DNA of 32,000 nucleotides from Nostoc punctiforme PCC 73102 (GCF_000020025.1 NC_010628.1:7290001-7322000); one strand, 5' to 3'. Positions 8,414 to 18,734 are shown, counted from the stretch's first letter. The notes: generated from the sequence alone by a model not told the origin. A program made the numbers and translations.

Positions 8414-9808
8414 ATGAATCCCACGCCAGGAAAAACCAACGATTCACTCAGTGACTCTAATTCTGAAGATGCTTGTCAGCAGCAGATACAAAAGAAAAAA
8501 AAGTCTTCCACACAATTACCCCAACCTGGAACTACTCAAGGGAGTTGCGCTTTTGATAGTGCAATGATGACTCTTGTACCAATCACTGATGCTGCTCATG
8601 TAGTTCACGGGCCAAGTGGCTGTGCTGCCAGTATTTGGGGAAGTTACAGCAGTCTCTCATCTGGTTCGATGCTGTACAAGATACGCTTTAGCAGCGACAT
8701 CGATGAGAACGATATCATCTTCGGTGGAGCCAAAAAGCTGTATAAAGGCATTTTAGAATTACAAAGACGCTACAAACCTGCGGCGGTATTTGTTTATTCC
8801 ACTTGCATCACCGCTTTGATTGGGGATGACATCGAGGGAGTTTGCAAAGATGCCACAGAGAAAACAGGAATACCCACTATCCCTGTACATTGCCCTGGAT
8901 TCATTGGGAACCAAAATTTGGGCAACCGTGTCGCTGGTGAAGCAATGCTTTCACACGTTATTGGAACAGCAGAACCAGATACAACTACACCTTATGATAT
9001 CAATCTAATTGGTGAATACAATATTGCAGGTGCAATATGGAATGTTCTACCGTTGTTGGAGAAATTAGGTATTAGAGTTTTGGCAAAAATTACAGGCGAT
9101 GCTGTCTACAAAGAAGTTTGCTATGCCCATCGTGCCAAACTTAATGTGATCCTCTCCTCCAAAGCACTAATCAATATGGCTAAAAGGATGGAAAAACAAT
9201 ATGGCATTCCTTATATTGAAGAGTCTATGTATGGGATAGAGCAAATCAATCAATGTCTAAGAAATATTGCTGTCAAGTTGGGTAATTCTAGTTTACAAGA
9301 ACGTACAGAAAAGCTAATTGCAGAAGAGACTGCTGCAATAGACGAAAAACTCGCTCTTTATATCACCCAATTACAAGGTAAGCGGGTTCTCCTTTCTATT
9401 GGAAGTTTCAAGAGCTGGTTGATTATCTTTGCTGCTAAGAAATTGGGGATGGAAGTTATTGCTATTAGTACTAATAATAATACTGAGGAGGATAGAATTA
9501 GAGTCAAAACTTTGCTGGGTCAAGATGGCATAATTCTAGAACAAAATAGTCCTCAAGAAATTTTACAGATAATTAACGCAAATCAAGCTGATATGTTAAT
9601 TGCTGATAAACACCATCAAGACACTTCTCTTACTGCTAGGATTCCATTCCTAGACGTTAATCAAGAACGCAACCATGCCTATGCAGGCTATATGGGAATT
9701 TTAGAGGTAGCACGAGAACTCTATGCTGCTTTTTACACCCCTGTGTGGGAGCAAGTATCTCAACCAGCCCCGTGGGAAACAGGAAATTCTCCAGAGGAGA
9801 ACATCTAA
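8414..9808 (+). CDS. nifE: NifE/VnfE-like nitrogenase cofactor scaffold subunit (divergent)
   Basis: 464 aa. Matches include QGSCAFDSAMMTLVPITDAAHVVHGPSGCA, VFVYSTCITALIGDDIEGVC, TTPYDINLIGEYNIAG, LEKLGIRVLAKITGDAVYKEVCYAHRAKLNV, and IPFLDVNQERNHAYAGYMGILEVAREL...PVWEQVSQPAPWE. These fit the NifE pattern as I remember it from Anabaena/Nostoc. Confidence 0.9.
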   Translation: MNPTPGKTNDSLSDSNSEDACQQQIQKKKKSSTQLPQPGTTQGSCAFDSAMMTLVPITDAAHVVHGPSGCAASIWGSYSSLSSGSMLYKIRFSSDIDENDIIFGGAKKLYKGILELQRRYKPAAVFVYSTCITALIGDDIEGVCKDATEKTGIPTIPVHCPGFIGNQNLGNRVAGEAMLSHVIGTAEPDTTTPYDINLIGEYNIAGAIWNVLPLLEKLGIRVLAKITGDAVYKEVCYAHRAKLNVILSSKALINMAKRMEKQYGIPYIEESMYGIEQINQCLRNIAVKLGNSSLQERTEKLIAEETAAIDEKLALYITQLQGKRVLLSIGSFKSWLIIFAAKKLGMEVIAISTNNNTEEDRIRVKTLLGQDGIILEQNSPQEILQIINANQADMLIADKHHQDTSLTARIPFLDVNQERNHAYAGYMGILEVARELYAAFYTPVWEQVSQPAPWETGNSPEENI

Positions 9809-11118
9809 TGGCGATTATTAGCGTTACGAGTACATCTGTTGCAGTTAATCCCCTCAAGCAAAGCCAGACTGTAGGTGCAGTTTTAGCCTTTTTGGGGTTG
9901 AAGGGAATAATGCCTTTGTTACACGGTTCTCAAGGCTGTACTGCTTTGACGAAGGCAGTATTAGTGCAGCATTTCCGTCAGACGATTCCCCTTTCTAGTA
10001 CGGCGATGACAGAAGTTGCAACCATCTTGGGTGGTGAGGAAAGGGTTGAACAAGCAATCTTGACTTTGGTGCAGAGATCCAAGCCAGAAATTATCGGTCT
10101 TTGTAGCACTGGACTGGTGGAAACCAGAGGCGATGATATGGGGCGCTTTGTTAAAGAGATTCGCCACCGTCACCCAGAACTAGATTATTTACCAATTGTG
10201 CTTGTCTCTACACCTGATTTCAAAGGTACATTACAGGATGGCTTTGCTGGTGCAGTCGAGAGTATAGTCAGGGAAATTCCTCAAAAAAGCTCCAAGCAAG
10301 ATGCTTGTCCTACACAAATCACTATTTTAGCGAGTTCTGCTTTCACACCAGGCGATGTACAGGAAATCAAAGAGATTGTCACTTCCTTTGGACTTGTACC
10401 TATTGTTGTACCTGACCTTTCTGGCGTACTAGATAGTCATATAGAAGATTCCTCTAGTGCCATTACAGCTAATGGCACTACATTGGCACAATTGCGTTCA
10501 ATTGGCACTTCTGTATTCACTTTGGCACTAGGTGAGAGTATGCGAGGTGCAGCGCAAATTTTGGATCGGAGATTCAATATACCCTATGAAGTATTTAGTG
10601 AACTGACGGGACTACTAGCAGTAGATAAATTCTTGCAAGCATTGGCAGATATCAGTGGTGTCAGCGTACCGGAGAAATACCGCCGTCAACGCCGTCAGCT
10701 AAAACATGTGATGTTAGAGAATCACTTTTACTTTGGTTGCAAGCGAGTTGCTTTGGCGCTGGAACCCGATTTACTTTGGTCAACAGTTTCTTTTTTGCGA
10801 TCGCTTGGAGTTGAAATTCACGCAGCAGTGACAACAACACGCTTTCCTCTGTTAGAAAAACTTCCGATTCTTAGCGTCACTATCGGCGATTTGGAAGACT
10901 TTGAGCAACTGGCGGTTGGATCTGATTTGCTGATTACCAACTCTCATGGGGTAGCGATCGCTCAACGCTTAAAAATTCCTCTCTATCGTCAAGGGATTCC
11001 CATTTTTGACCGCTTAGATCACAATCAATTTACCAAAGTTGGCTATCGAGGTACTATGCAGTTTTTGTTTGATATTGGCAATCTGTTTTTAGAGGCTGAA
11101 GCAAAGATTAAGCATTAA
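9808..11118 (+). CDS. nifN: NifN/VnfN-like nitrogenase cofactor scaffold subunit
   Basis: I prefer the ATG at 9808, which overlaps the nifE-like stop as TAATG. It gives MAIISVTSTSVAVNPLKQSQTVGAVLAFLGLKGIMPLLHGSQGCTALTKAVLVQHFRQTIPLSSTAMTE..., a typical NifN N-terminus. The C-terminus LLITNSHGVAIAQRLKIPLYRQGIPIFDRL..VGYRGT also fits. The track start at 9745 would add 21 non-homologous residues inside nifE. Confidence 0.9.
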   Translation: MAIISVTSTSVAVNPLKQSQTVGAVLAFLGLKGIMPLLHGSQGCTALTKAVLVQHFRQTIPLSSTAMTEVATILGGEERVEQAILTLVQRSKPEIIGLCSTGLVETRGDDMGRFVKEIRHRHPELDYLPIVLVSTPDFKGTLQDGFAGAVESIVREIPQKSSKQDACPTQITILASSAFTPGDVQEIKEIVTSFGLVPIVVPDLSGVLDSHIEDSSSAITANGTTLAQLRSIGTSVFTLALGESMRGAAQILDRRFNIPYEVFSELTGLLAVDKFLQALADISGVSVPEKYRRQRRQLKHVMLENHFYFGCKRVALALEPDLLWSTVSFLRSLGVEIHAAVTTTRFPLLEKLPILSVTIGDLEDFEQLAVGSDLLITNSHGVAIAQRLKIPLYRQGIPIFDRLDHNQFTKVGYRGTMQFLFDIGNLFLEAEAKIKH

Positions 11119-11512
11119 ACAGATTAGCAGTTATTGTTCGATTCATCTAAGCAACGAACTAGCCACATTCCAAGCAGGTTATCGGCGAATCCAGTATTAC
11201 TCTCAACAAAGAATGAAGCTTTTTTACACTACAGCCCTAATTATTGCTTACCAAAATCAGGCATAAGTCCGTATATTAACCTTGGACTGGCAAGAGTTTT
11301 TACCCTGGCACATAATCAATCGTGAGGATTTTCCTACCAAGGGCGCAACTGGACTAGAGGTGCTGATTCAGGGAATTTTTGACAAAAAATTGCTTCGCCG
11401 ACTTTTTTACTACACAATACTCCAAAAATATTTGTGCTAAGGCTGGTAAATCCTGAGTTATCAGTGATTAATAGAAAAAATAATTCCAATTCACAATGCC
11501 TAATTTTGTGTT

Positions 11513-11869
11513 ATGAATAAATCCCTTCTGCCCGCAGATGATCTGCCTCCAACTGGAGCAACTATACTTAATGAGTTATTTTACAGGCAACTAGAAGAAG
11601 CTACGTGTAGGCGATTTTATCAAGCCTGCCCCACACTTATGCGAGTTTTACTATCAAATTGTCACTGGTATTTCAAAATAAATGCTAGTCCTCTGATGTT
11701 AATCATTATCTGCTATGACATAGAAAGCTATCTGCATATTGTTGATGCTATTCCACAGTTCATCAAACAGTTGAAGCAATTTTCTAACAAGTCAAAAATT
11801 CAGCTTTTTCCACCAGATAATAAAGGAGAACCTTGGGAAATAGAGATTGAAGAAACATCAGATGAATAA
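11513..11869 (+). CDS. hypothetical protein (118 aa), no family recognised
   Basis: Clean ORF with non-repetitive composition, co-directional with the nif-like genes and 395 nt downstream of them. I recognise no motif. Confidence 0.45.
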   Translation: MNKSLLPADDLPPTGATILNELFYRQLEEATCRRFYQACPTLMRVLLSNCHWYFKINASPLMLIIICYDIESYLHIVDAIPQFIKQLKQFSNKSKIQLFPPDNKGEPWEIEIEETSDE

Positions 11870-12428
11870 GCGATCGCATCATGGAATTTGATGAATTCAC
11901 AGTTTGGGGACAATATCAACTAGCTATTAGTACTACCTTCGGCTGACTGTTGAGCCGTGCAATTAATGGCTCGGCATCAATTTGGGGAACCATAGGTGTA
12001 AGTTTTGCGCTGGTAGGTATTTTGCTTTGATTAGCGATCGCTCCCACAGTTTCCGCTCACGAACCATAGGTAATAGAGGTGAAAGTGGAAGAGGGAGTGC
12101 AGACGGTGCAGGTGAGGCTAGATTACCCAGAGCAGGGAGAAAGGTACTGAGAAACTTCGAGCGATCGCACCCAATTCAATTCTCAATTCTTTCCTTTAAA
12201 TCATTGAATGTATAAATCACAACATTAATGCCAGAAATAATTATATATGCTGGATACTTTTTTGTCTTTCTATCGGTTGATGCACAGAAAATTTCTGAAT
12301 AGTTTCCTTAAAGAAGAACAAGACAATCTGTCGGAGAACTATTAGTTACAAGTTGAGCTTTTAATACTACTGAAGTTTCTTAGAACTACAATCAGCAGCT
12401 CAAAATCTGATGAAAGGAATCGAAAGTT

Positions 12429-14315
12429 ATGGCAAAAGTTGTTGGAATTGATTTAGGGACAACTAACTCTTGTATTGCAGTCATCGAAGGCGGACAACCA
12501 CTCGTGATTGCGAATGCAGAAGGACAACGCATCACTCCCTCTGTAGTTGCATATACAAAAACAGGCGAACGTTTGGTTGGTCAAATTGCTCGACGACAGG
12601 CGGTAATGAATCCAGAGAATACGTTCTACTCAGTCAAACGGTTTATCGGACGCAAACACGATGAAATCACCCACGAAGCGAGTGAAGTTTCTTACAAAGT
12701 CGTTCGCGATCGCAACGGTAACGTCAAACTCGATTGTCCGGCGCTCAAAAAACAATTCGCGCCTGAAGAAATTTCCGCTCAAGTTTTGCGAAAACTTACA
12801 GATGATGCCAGCAAATATCTAGGAGAACCCATTACGCAAGCAGTCATTACTGTGCCTGCTTACTTCAATGATTCGCAACGACAAGCGACCAAAGATGCAG
12901 GCAAAATTGCAGGGCTAGAAGTACTCCGCATCATTAACGAACCTACGGCTGCGGCACTTGCTTATGGTTTAGACAAAAAGGGCAACGAAACAATCTTAGT
13001 CTTTGACTTAGGAGGCGGCACGTTCGACGTTTCAATTCTAGAAGTTGGAGAAGGTGTGTTTGAAGTCAAAGCCACGAGTGGGGATACGCATTTAGGCGGC
13101 GATGACTTTGATAAAAAGATTGTCGATTATGTTGCAAATGATTTTCAGCGCCACGAAGGTATTGATTTACGCAAAGATAAGCAAGCCCTGCAACGGTTAA
13201 CTGAAGCCGCAGAAAAAGCCAAAATTGAACTCTCTAGCGCTACCCAAACAACGATTAATCTCCCCTTCATCACGGCAACTCAAGAGGGACCAAAGCACCT
13301 CGATATAACTTTAACTAGGGCGGAGTTTGAGAAACTCTGCGCTGACTTGCTCGATCGCTGCCGCATTCCAGTTGAGCAAGCTCTCAACGATGCCAATCTG
13401 AACAATGCCAATCTCGATGAAGTTGTTCTAGTAGGCGGTTCCACCCGAATTCCCGCCGTGCAACAACTCGTCAAACGCATCACAGGCAAAGATCCAAATC
13501 AGGGAGTGAACCCGGATGAAGTAGTTGCTGTGGGTGCAGCAATTCAGGGTGGAGTACTGGCGGGAGAAGTGAAAGATGTGCTGCTGCTAGATGTAACACC
13601 GCTTTCTTTAGGGGTGGAAACAATGGGCGGGGTAATGACAAAAATTATTCCCCGCAACACGACGATTCCGGTGAAGAAATCCGAGACGTTTTCAACCGCC
13701 GCTGATGGCCAGTCGAATGTCGAAATTCATGTTCTGCAAGGAGAACGGGAACTTGTGGCAGACAATAAGAGTTTAGGTACGTTTCGGCTCGATGGCATTC
13801 CTCCGGCTCCGCGTGGAGTACCTCAAATTGAAGTGACGTTCGACCTCGATGCAAATGGGTTACTATCGGTAACTGCTAAAGATCGCGCCACTGGTAAAGA
13901 ACAATCGATTACAATCTCAGGCGCTTCGACGCTGGATAAACGCGATGTGGAACGCATGGTACGAGATGCAGAAACTCATGCCCAAGAAGATCGCCAACGC
14001 CGCGAGCAAATCGACACCAAAAATAATGCGGACTCGCTGGTTTATCAGGCAGAAAAACAACTGCAAGACTTGAATGGTCGAGTTTCTCAAGCAGATAAAA
14101 GTAGGGCGCAACAATTGATTGACGAGTTGCGATCGGCAATTGAGCGAGAAAACTACGAGCAAATGCGATCGCTCACTACCAATCTTCAACAAGCGCTCAT
14201 GCAAATCGGTAGCGCCGTTTACGCCCAAGCTAGCACAGCTACTAACAATCCTAATCCCACAAATCAGCCAACCGGACAAAACGACGATGTGATTGATGCT
14301 GATTTTGTTGGCTAA
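12429..14315 (+). CDS. dnaK: Hsp70 chaperone DnaK
   Basis: 628 aa with [38 protein letters not shown] and the C-terminal DDVIDADF motif. Confidence 0.97.
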   Translation: MAKVVGIDLGTTNSCIAVIEGGQPLVIANAEGQRITPSVVAYTKTGERLVGQIARRQAVMNPENTFYSVKRFIGRKHDEITHEASEVSYKVVRDRNGNVKLDCPALKKQFAPEEISAQVLRKLTDDASKYLGEPITQAVITVPAYFNDSQRQATKDAGKIAGLEVLRIINEPTAAALAYGLDKKGNETILVFDLGGGTFDVSILEVGEGVFEVKATSGDTHLGGDDFDKKIVDYVANDFQRHEGIDLRKDKQALQRLTEAAEKAKIELSSATQTTINLPFITATQEGPKHLDITLTRAEFEKLCADLLDRCRIPVEQALNDANLNNANLDEVVLVGGSTRIPAVQQLVKRITGKDPNQGVNPDEVVAVGAAIQGGVLAGEVKDVLLLDVTPLSLGVETMGGVMTKIIPRNTTIPVKKSETFSTAADGQSNVEIHVLQGERELVADNKSLGTFRLDGIPPAPRGVPQIEVTFDLDANGLLSVTAKDRATGKEQSITISGASTLDKRDVERMVRDAETHAQEDRQRREQIDTKNNADSLVYQAEKQLQDLNGRVSQADKSRAQQLIDELRSAIERENYEQMRSLTTNLQQALMQIGSAVYAQASTATNNPNPTNQPTGQNDDVIDADFVG

Positions 14316-14424
14316 AACGCGCAAGGTAAACCGTAGTTTTTGAACTAACGTCAACGACGAAGGAGGCTTATCACTGACAAAAGATGTTCCGAGTGCAGAA
14401 TAGTCGGATTATAAGTATCGAATC

Positions 14425-15390
14425 ATGCCAACTGCAAATGATTTCAAAGATTATTACAACATTTTGGGAGTTAGCAAAACTGCAACTTCCGACGAAATTA
14501 AGCGAGCTTACCGCAAACTTGCCCGCAAATATCATCCTGACGTGAATCCTGGCAATCCAGAAGCCGAGGAAAAATTCAAAGACATCAATGAAGCCAACGA
14601 AGTTTTATCAAACCCAGAAAAGCGCGAAAAATATGACTCTTTTGGGCAGTACTGGAAGCAAGCGGAGGCTAGCGGTACTCCTCCTGGAGGAACTAGCACG
14701 TATGCAGAGAATTTTGACCAATATAGCAACTTTGATGACTTTATCAATGATTTGCTAGGTGGTTTAGGGGGCAGGACAAGAGCAGGACGGACTTATTACC
14801 GTACCTCGGCTAGGCAGCCTGATGACTTTGGCTCATTTGGCAGCCAAGCACCAGCACCCGATAGTGAAGCTGCGATCGCACTCTCCTTCTCGGAAGCGTT
14901 TCATGGCGTTCAAAAGCGGTTGCAGTTGGATGATGAAACTATCAACGTTCGTATTCCCGCAGGTGCTAAACCGGGTAGTCGAATTCGCATTAAAGGCAAA
15001 GGTCGCCCCAGCCCTTTTTCTCAACAGCGAGGCGATTTGTATCTCACAATTGAGCTGCTTCCTCATCCGTTTTTTCAATTTTCGGATGACAATTTAACTT
15101 GCGAAGTTCCCATTCGTCCAGATGAAGCAGTCTTAGGCGCTCAAATTCAAGTACCAACACCAGAGGGCCGCGTCACATTGAGCGTTCCTAAAGGTGTGCG
15201 TTCCGGTCAATCGCTGCGGCTACGAGGAAAAGGCTGGACGCAACCAAAAGGCGGGCGAACTGACCTAATTGTGAAACTTCAGATCGTGTCTCCGAAAGAG
15301 TTAAGCGAAATTGAGCGGGATTGCTATGAAAAGATTCAGGCCAATAGCAGCTTTAACCCGCGTACTGCATTAGAAGGAGTGACGTTATGA
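14425..15390 (+). CDS. cbpA: J-domain co-chaperone without a Zn finger (CbpA-like class II DnaJ)
   Basis: DYYNILGV...[16 protein letters not shown] (HPD J-domain) and a G/F-like linker. There are no CxxCxGxG repeats. The C-terminal beta-domains are DnaJ-like ([17 protein letters not shown]..., LRLRGKG). Confidence 0.85.
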   Translation: MPTANDFKDYYNILGVSKTATSDEIKRAYRKLARKYHPDVNPGNPEAEEKFKDINEANEVLSNPEKREKYDSFGQYWKQAEASGTPPGGTSTYAENFDQYSNFDDFINDLLGGLGGRTRAGRTYYRTSARQPDDFGSFGSQAPAPDSEAAIALSFSEAFHGVQKRLQLDDETINVRIPAGAKPGSRIRIKGKGRPSPFSQQRGDLYLTIELLPHPFFQFSDDNLTCEVPIRPDEAVLGAQIQVPTPEGRVTLSVPKGVRSGQSLRLRGKGWTQPKGGRTDLIVKLQIVSPKELSEIERDCYEKIQANSSFNPRTALEGVTL

Positions 15391-15686
15391 GTGAGTTTAG
15401 CCTTTCCAGTACAGTTGTTTCTCATGAAGGCGATCGCCTTTATACATTTGAGTATGCAGCCTCTATTACCCAAACTTCAACGGTTGTAATTGAGCGATTT
15501 GTACAACTCGGATTGATCGAACCGAAAGGCTCAATGCTACACTCACGAGAAATTGCGCGAATTGCTCAAATCCAACGCTTACGTCAGGATTTGGGGCTAA
15601 ATCTCGTAGGCGCAGCAATGGTTGTGGATATGGCTCAAGAAATTGCCCAGTTACGGGCACAGCTAAAAGCGTTGCAGCCTTCTTGA
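15387..15686 (+). CDS. cbpM: MerR-like chaperone modulator (CbpM-like)
   Basis: 99 aa. Its start overlaps the cbpA-like stop as ATGA. The small MerR-type HTH ([28 protein letters not shown]) plus a coiled C-terminus, sitting directly after a CbpA-type J-protein, is the classic cbpA-cbpM arrangement. Confidence 0.75.
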   Translation: MSEFSLSSTVVSHEGDRLYTFEYAASITQTSTVVIERFVQLGLIEPKGSMLHSREIARIAQIQRLRQDLGLNLVGAAMVVDMAQEIAQLRAQLKALQPS

Positions 15687-15805
15687 AAAACATCACCCAA
15701 TACTCAGAGGTGAAAAAGTTGGCGCGATCAAAATTTTAACAAGTTACTCACCATTGGCTCATTTTTGAGAGAGGAGCGCGATCTGCGAGGATGGGTGCCT
15801 GAATC

Positions 15806-17011
15806 CTACTTGATGACAAAGTTAGACGGGTCTTGATCTCGTCGATGTTTAGTGGGAATGGGGTCTGGCTGTCCATCACCCGCAAGGGCTGCGGTTTTTT
15901 CCAGGGATTCCCTCAATCGCTTGGCTGCATAGATGGACATATCTCGCGGTACATTAATGCGATCGCGCAAATATCGGAGAGCGACATCAGCTCCCGATGG
16001 AGGTACATAGTCTTCACCTGTCATCATGTGTGTTAAAGCACAACGTAGCGCTTGGTCAAACAATTTATCATCTAAGGGGTTGACTCGGATAATATTGATG
16101 CGATGCTCGATGGTTCGCTTAAGAGCTTCCATGCGGGAGTTTTCGGGTTCTGGATAAGCAACATCTGGTAGCCCAAACCAGGGGCCATTATCCACCCGCG
16201 CTTTATTGAGAAGCATCTGGGTTTCGCCGTTTTCCCAACAGCCCCCCATCTGGGGCGGCAAATCATGTGCGTGGGTGTGAAAGTCGCTCTGGGTACCGCA
16301 GTAGGTTGGTCGGCTTTCCATTGCCGCAAACCATGCGCTCAAACGAGGGTTTTCCTCCCGCAGTGAGTAGCCCTTGTAGTAGTAAAGGCTCGCATTCATC
16401 CGTTCGAGATATGGGGTAAAAATGACATCGACGATGCCGAAGCTATCTAGAAAATAAGGGCTAGGGGTGCGGCCCAGAGCCTCCTCGATCCTAGCCACCA
16501 TTTCGATAAATTGTTCTCGGTTGCGTTGTTCTTGTTGAGAGGAACCTGCTCTAGAACACAGCCAAACGCACCAGGCTCTGAATAACAGTCGTTCTAATTG
16601 ACGTAGAGGAAGCACCATGCGGTCTTCCATCCCTTGGTTCAATGGAGCAAATACCTTTTCCAAAGCGATCAAAATGTCATCGCTTTCCTTAATAATCCGT
16701 CCATCTAGCTCGATCGCAGGGAGCATTCCTGACGGTACCTTACGTTTGTACCAACTTTCTTTCTCCCCATAGCAGAACATTGTCACTTTTTCGATGCGGT
16801 AGGGGATCTGTTTTTCCTCTAGCCATAACCAAACTTTTTGACAGTAAGGACACCAGGCGTGGTTATCGCGGTACAGCGTTACCCGCACATCAGATTCTGG
16901 CTGACCAAACAAGCGCAACCGGGCTTTAGCATTGGTAAGACCATTAACGGTATCTATTTGATAGTCCGTGAGGGTTTCTAGTTCTTCCCAGCTTAAGGGT
17001 GCGGTAGTCAT
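15806..17011 (-). CDS. glutathione S-transferase-family protein with glutaredoxin-like CPYC site (401 aa)
   Basis: [33 protein letters not shown]...[23 protein letters not shown] is a thioredoxin-fold GST N-domain. A long helical C-domain follows. Confidence 0.8.
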   Translation of the reverse strand: MTTAPLSWEELETLTDYQIDTVNGLTNAKARLRLFGQPESDVRVTLYRDNHAWCPYCQKVWLWLEEKQIPYRIEKVTMFCYGEKESWYKRKVPSGMLPAIELDGRIIKESDDILIALEKVFAPLNQGMEDRMVLPLRQLERLLFRAWCVWLCSRAGSSQQEQRNREQFIEMVARIEEALGRTPSPYFLDSFGIVDVIFTPYLERMNASLYYYKGYSLREENPRLSAWFAAMESRPTYCGTQSDFHTHAHDLPPQMGGCWENGETQMLLNKARVDNGPWFGLPDVAYPEPENSRMEALKRTIEHRINIIRVNPLDDKLFDQALRCALTHMMTGEDYVPPSGADVALRYLRDRINVPRDMSIYAAKRLRESLEKTAALAGDGQPDPIPTKHRRDQDPSNFVIK

Positions 17012-17085
17012 AGGGTGAGTTGCGTAGGAAAATACTTAGGACAATTCTATACTCTACAATATTTTCAATTGCACCAAGGCTTAAT

Positions 17086-17334
17086 TTAACTGATAGGTTC
17101 GCCCATCAATTCTTTAGACCTCATCAAGCAATGGACTGAATTTAGCAATGTCGGCATTGACAAAACCTCTGTACCGAGGGTTTTAGAAGCCCGCTCCAGT
17201 CGCTCTTGATTTTGACCTGCGATCGCACGCATCGCAACTTTAGCCCCTGATTGCACAAAAAGTTGGGCAGTTGCAAAACCAATTCCACTTGTACCGCCTG
17301 TAATCAGGGCGACTTTTCCATTCAGCCGAGACAT
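17086..17334 (-). pseudogene. short-chain dehydrogenase/reductase N-terminal fragment
   Basis: MSRLNGKVALITGGTSGIGFATAQLFVQSGAKVA... has the Rossmann TGxxxGxG motif. The frame then degenerates; an alternative frame gives VNADIAKFSPLLDEV*. Only about 80 of the expected roughly 250 codons remain. Confidence 0.7.
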
Positions 17335-17360
17335 ACAGTTAACAAAATGAAAATAAATGA

Positions 17361-17585
17361 CTAATTTTTCCAAAAAGGAACAGATTGTTGCTGGCGCTTG
17401 AGTCGATAAATCCTCGCTGGATAATTATCATTACTCCATCCGGCTTCAATTTCGTGTGTGTCAATCAGCTCCTGTAATGCTTTATCAAGGACGCTATAAC
17501 TGCAATCAAATATGTCCTTTAATTCTCCAGCAGTTTTATCACCAGCACGTAAGGATTCTAAAATAGCCTGATTAATAGGATTCAT
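17361..17585 (-). CDS. small hypothetical protein, possibly winged-helix DNA-binding (74 aa)
   Basis: Clean ORF. ILESLRAGDKTAGELKDIFDCSYSVLDKALQELIDTHEIE....ARIYRL resembles an ArsR/MarR-style wHTH layout. It sits directly upstream of the SDR fragment. Confidence 0.5.
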   Translation of the reverse strand: MNPINQAILESLRAGDKTAGELKDIFDCSYSVLDKALQELIDTHEIEAGWSNDNYPARIYRLKRQQQSVPFWKN

Positions 17586-18284
17586 AATTCTTTTACTATA
17601 ATTTATTCAGATATTAACTATAAAAATTCATCTATTTTGAATACATCTGTCTGAATAGTTAGAAAATTAACAAAAATTTCAATAAAAAAATTTACCAATC
17701 ATATTAAATTCTTTCTAAATTATAACTTCTGAGTGATGAATTCTTATTATGAACTCTATCCTATGGATCTGATTAGTGAGACTCGTCACCAAAAGAAGCA
17801 CTCGCAACAAAGCTAGAAAATTTTTCTAGCTTCCAACCGAAACAAATATGTTTTTGGGTTTACCAATCGTATCTGTCTAATTAATAGAAACATACTTAAC
17901 TAAATCAGTTATAGATGGTGTTGGCTGCGATATGTGACGAGCAGCGGCTCTGCATTTATGCTCATAGAAACTTAGGATATTAGCTTTCTTTTTCCAACCA
18001 TGCGCTCGCATTATAGCCAGGAACCTCTTCAAGCGATCGCTTACAGTCACAGACCTTACTTAAAGTTTTAACATTTATCTTTGCTTTCTATATATCGAAG
18101 CAAGCATTTTTATAACTAGCAACTTGAGTTATGTATATCTGTCTTATGTGGTAAGTCTTATACCTATCCTAAGTGGGGTTATCTATCTGCATTTGTTAGT
18201 TAAGTTGTATGAAGTACTGGAAGCAAATTTCCTCGGTTACTTACTGAGGAAATTATAACACCCTTAACTCAGTTGGAGTTTTTT

Positions 18285-18734
18285 ATGACTTACACAGTTG
18301 ATGAAGCAACAAGACCAGCTTTAGAAACTTTTCAACGCTTTGATGTAGATACTCAGCTAGCCTTACTTTGGTTCGGTTATCTCGATCTTAAAGAGCAGCT
18401 AAAACCAGCACCTCCTCTAAGCGTTGAAACTCCTGCCAAAGCAGTGTTTGACCAATTCTTGGACTTGTCTCAAGAAGAGCAACTGAAAGCACAACGCGAC
18501 ATTATTAATGGTGCAGCTAACAATATCAGCCAAACCTATAATAGTCTAAGTCCCAATGCCAAATTAGACGTTTGGTTTCTGCTGGCGCAAGGAATGGAAG
18601 ATGGAAGCATAATTCAAGTGCCCTCCGACTATCAACTTCCTGGTGAAACGGATGAATTTGTCGCATTGATCAAAAATCTAGAGTTTGAGCAGCGGATTAA
18701 TTTCATGCTAAGTGCCGTGGAAGCGATGGGTTAG
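18285..18734 (+). CDS. helical carotenoid protein (HCP; homologue of the orange carotenoid protein N-terminal domain)
   Basis: From ATG 18285: [39 protein letters not shown]...[65 protein letters not shown]. This aligns by eye with the OCP N-terminal domain (FSQLNAEDQLALIWFAYLEMG...SPNIKLGFWYRLGELMEQGFVAPIPAGYQLS...LRNAVVDMG). The track start at 18273 is a TTG. Confidence 0.9.
   Translation: MTYTVDEATRPALETFQRFDVDTQLALLWFGYLDLKEQLKPAPPLSVETPAKAVFDQFLDLSQEEQLKAQRDIINGAANNISQTYNSLSPNAKLDVWFLLAQGMEDGSIIQVPSDYQLPGETDEFVALIKNLEFEQRINFMLSAVEAMG

Noticed and set aside
9745-9807. Upstream start (9745) for the nifN-like gene as given by the ORF track
   Set aside because: The 21 extra residues overlap the nifE-like 3' end and have no NifN similarity. 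ATG 9808 gives the canonical MAI... N-terminus and TAATG coupling.
11982-12215. 77-aa Arg/Gly-rich track ORF. An alternative frame reads ..FALVGILL*LAIAPTVSAHEP*VIEVKVEEGVQTVQVRLDYPEQGERY*, and GAACCATAGGT occurs twice (about 11989 and about 12062).
   Set aside because: The track ORF has implausible composition and no SD. The alternative frame looks like a secreted-protein remnant but carries two in-frame stops and is very short. I cannot support either as a gene.
12216-12428. Heat-shock control element (CIRCE) upstream of dnaK
   Set aside because: I found no TTAGCACTC-N9-GAGTGCTAA-like inverted repeat by eye.
13917-14354. 145-aa ORF antisense to dnaK, and similar antisense or overlapping ORFs (3348-3731, 4019-4395, 13280-13854, 14532-15097, 15466-15696, 15833-16329, 20389-21234, 24145-24692, 25481-26057, 31352-31978)
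   Set aside because: All are embedded in, and antisense or out of frame to, well-supported conserved genes. These are typical shadow ORFs.
11900-17050. Apparent GC-rich block (dnaK-cbpA-cbpM-GST) as a horizontally acquired island
   Set aside because: Hand counts of single 60-nt lines give 33/60 GC (13501-13560) and 34/60 (16201-16260). Lines in nifE (9421-9480) and crtW (27421-27480) give 18/60 and 20/60. However, the core gene ilvD is just as GC-rich (35/60 at 3001-3060), and HIP1 sites occur inside the block. The contrast may therefore only reflect conserved or highly expressed genes against accessory ones. It needs a sliding-window GC and codon-usage calculation.
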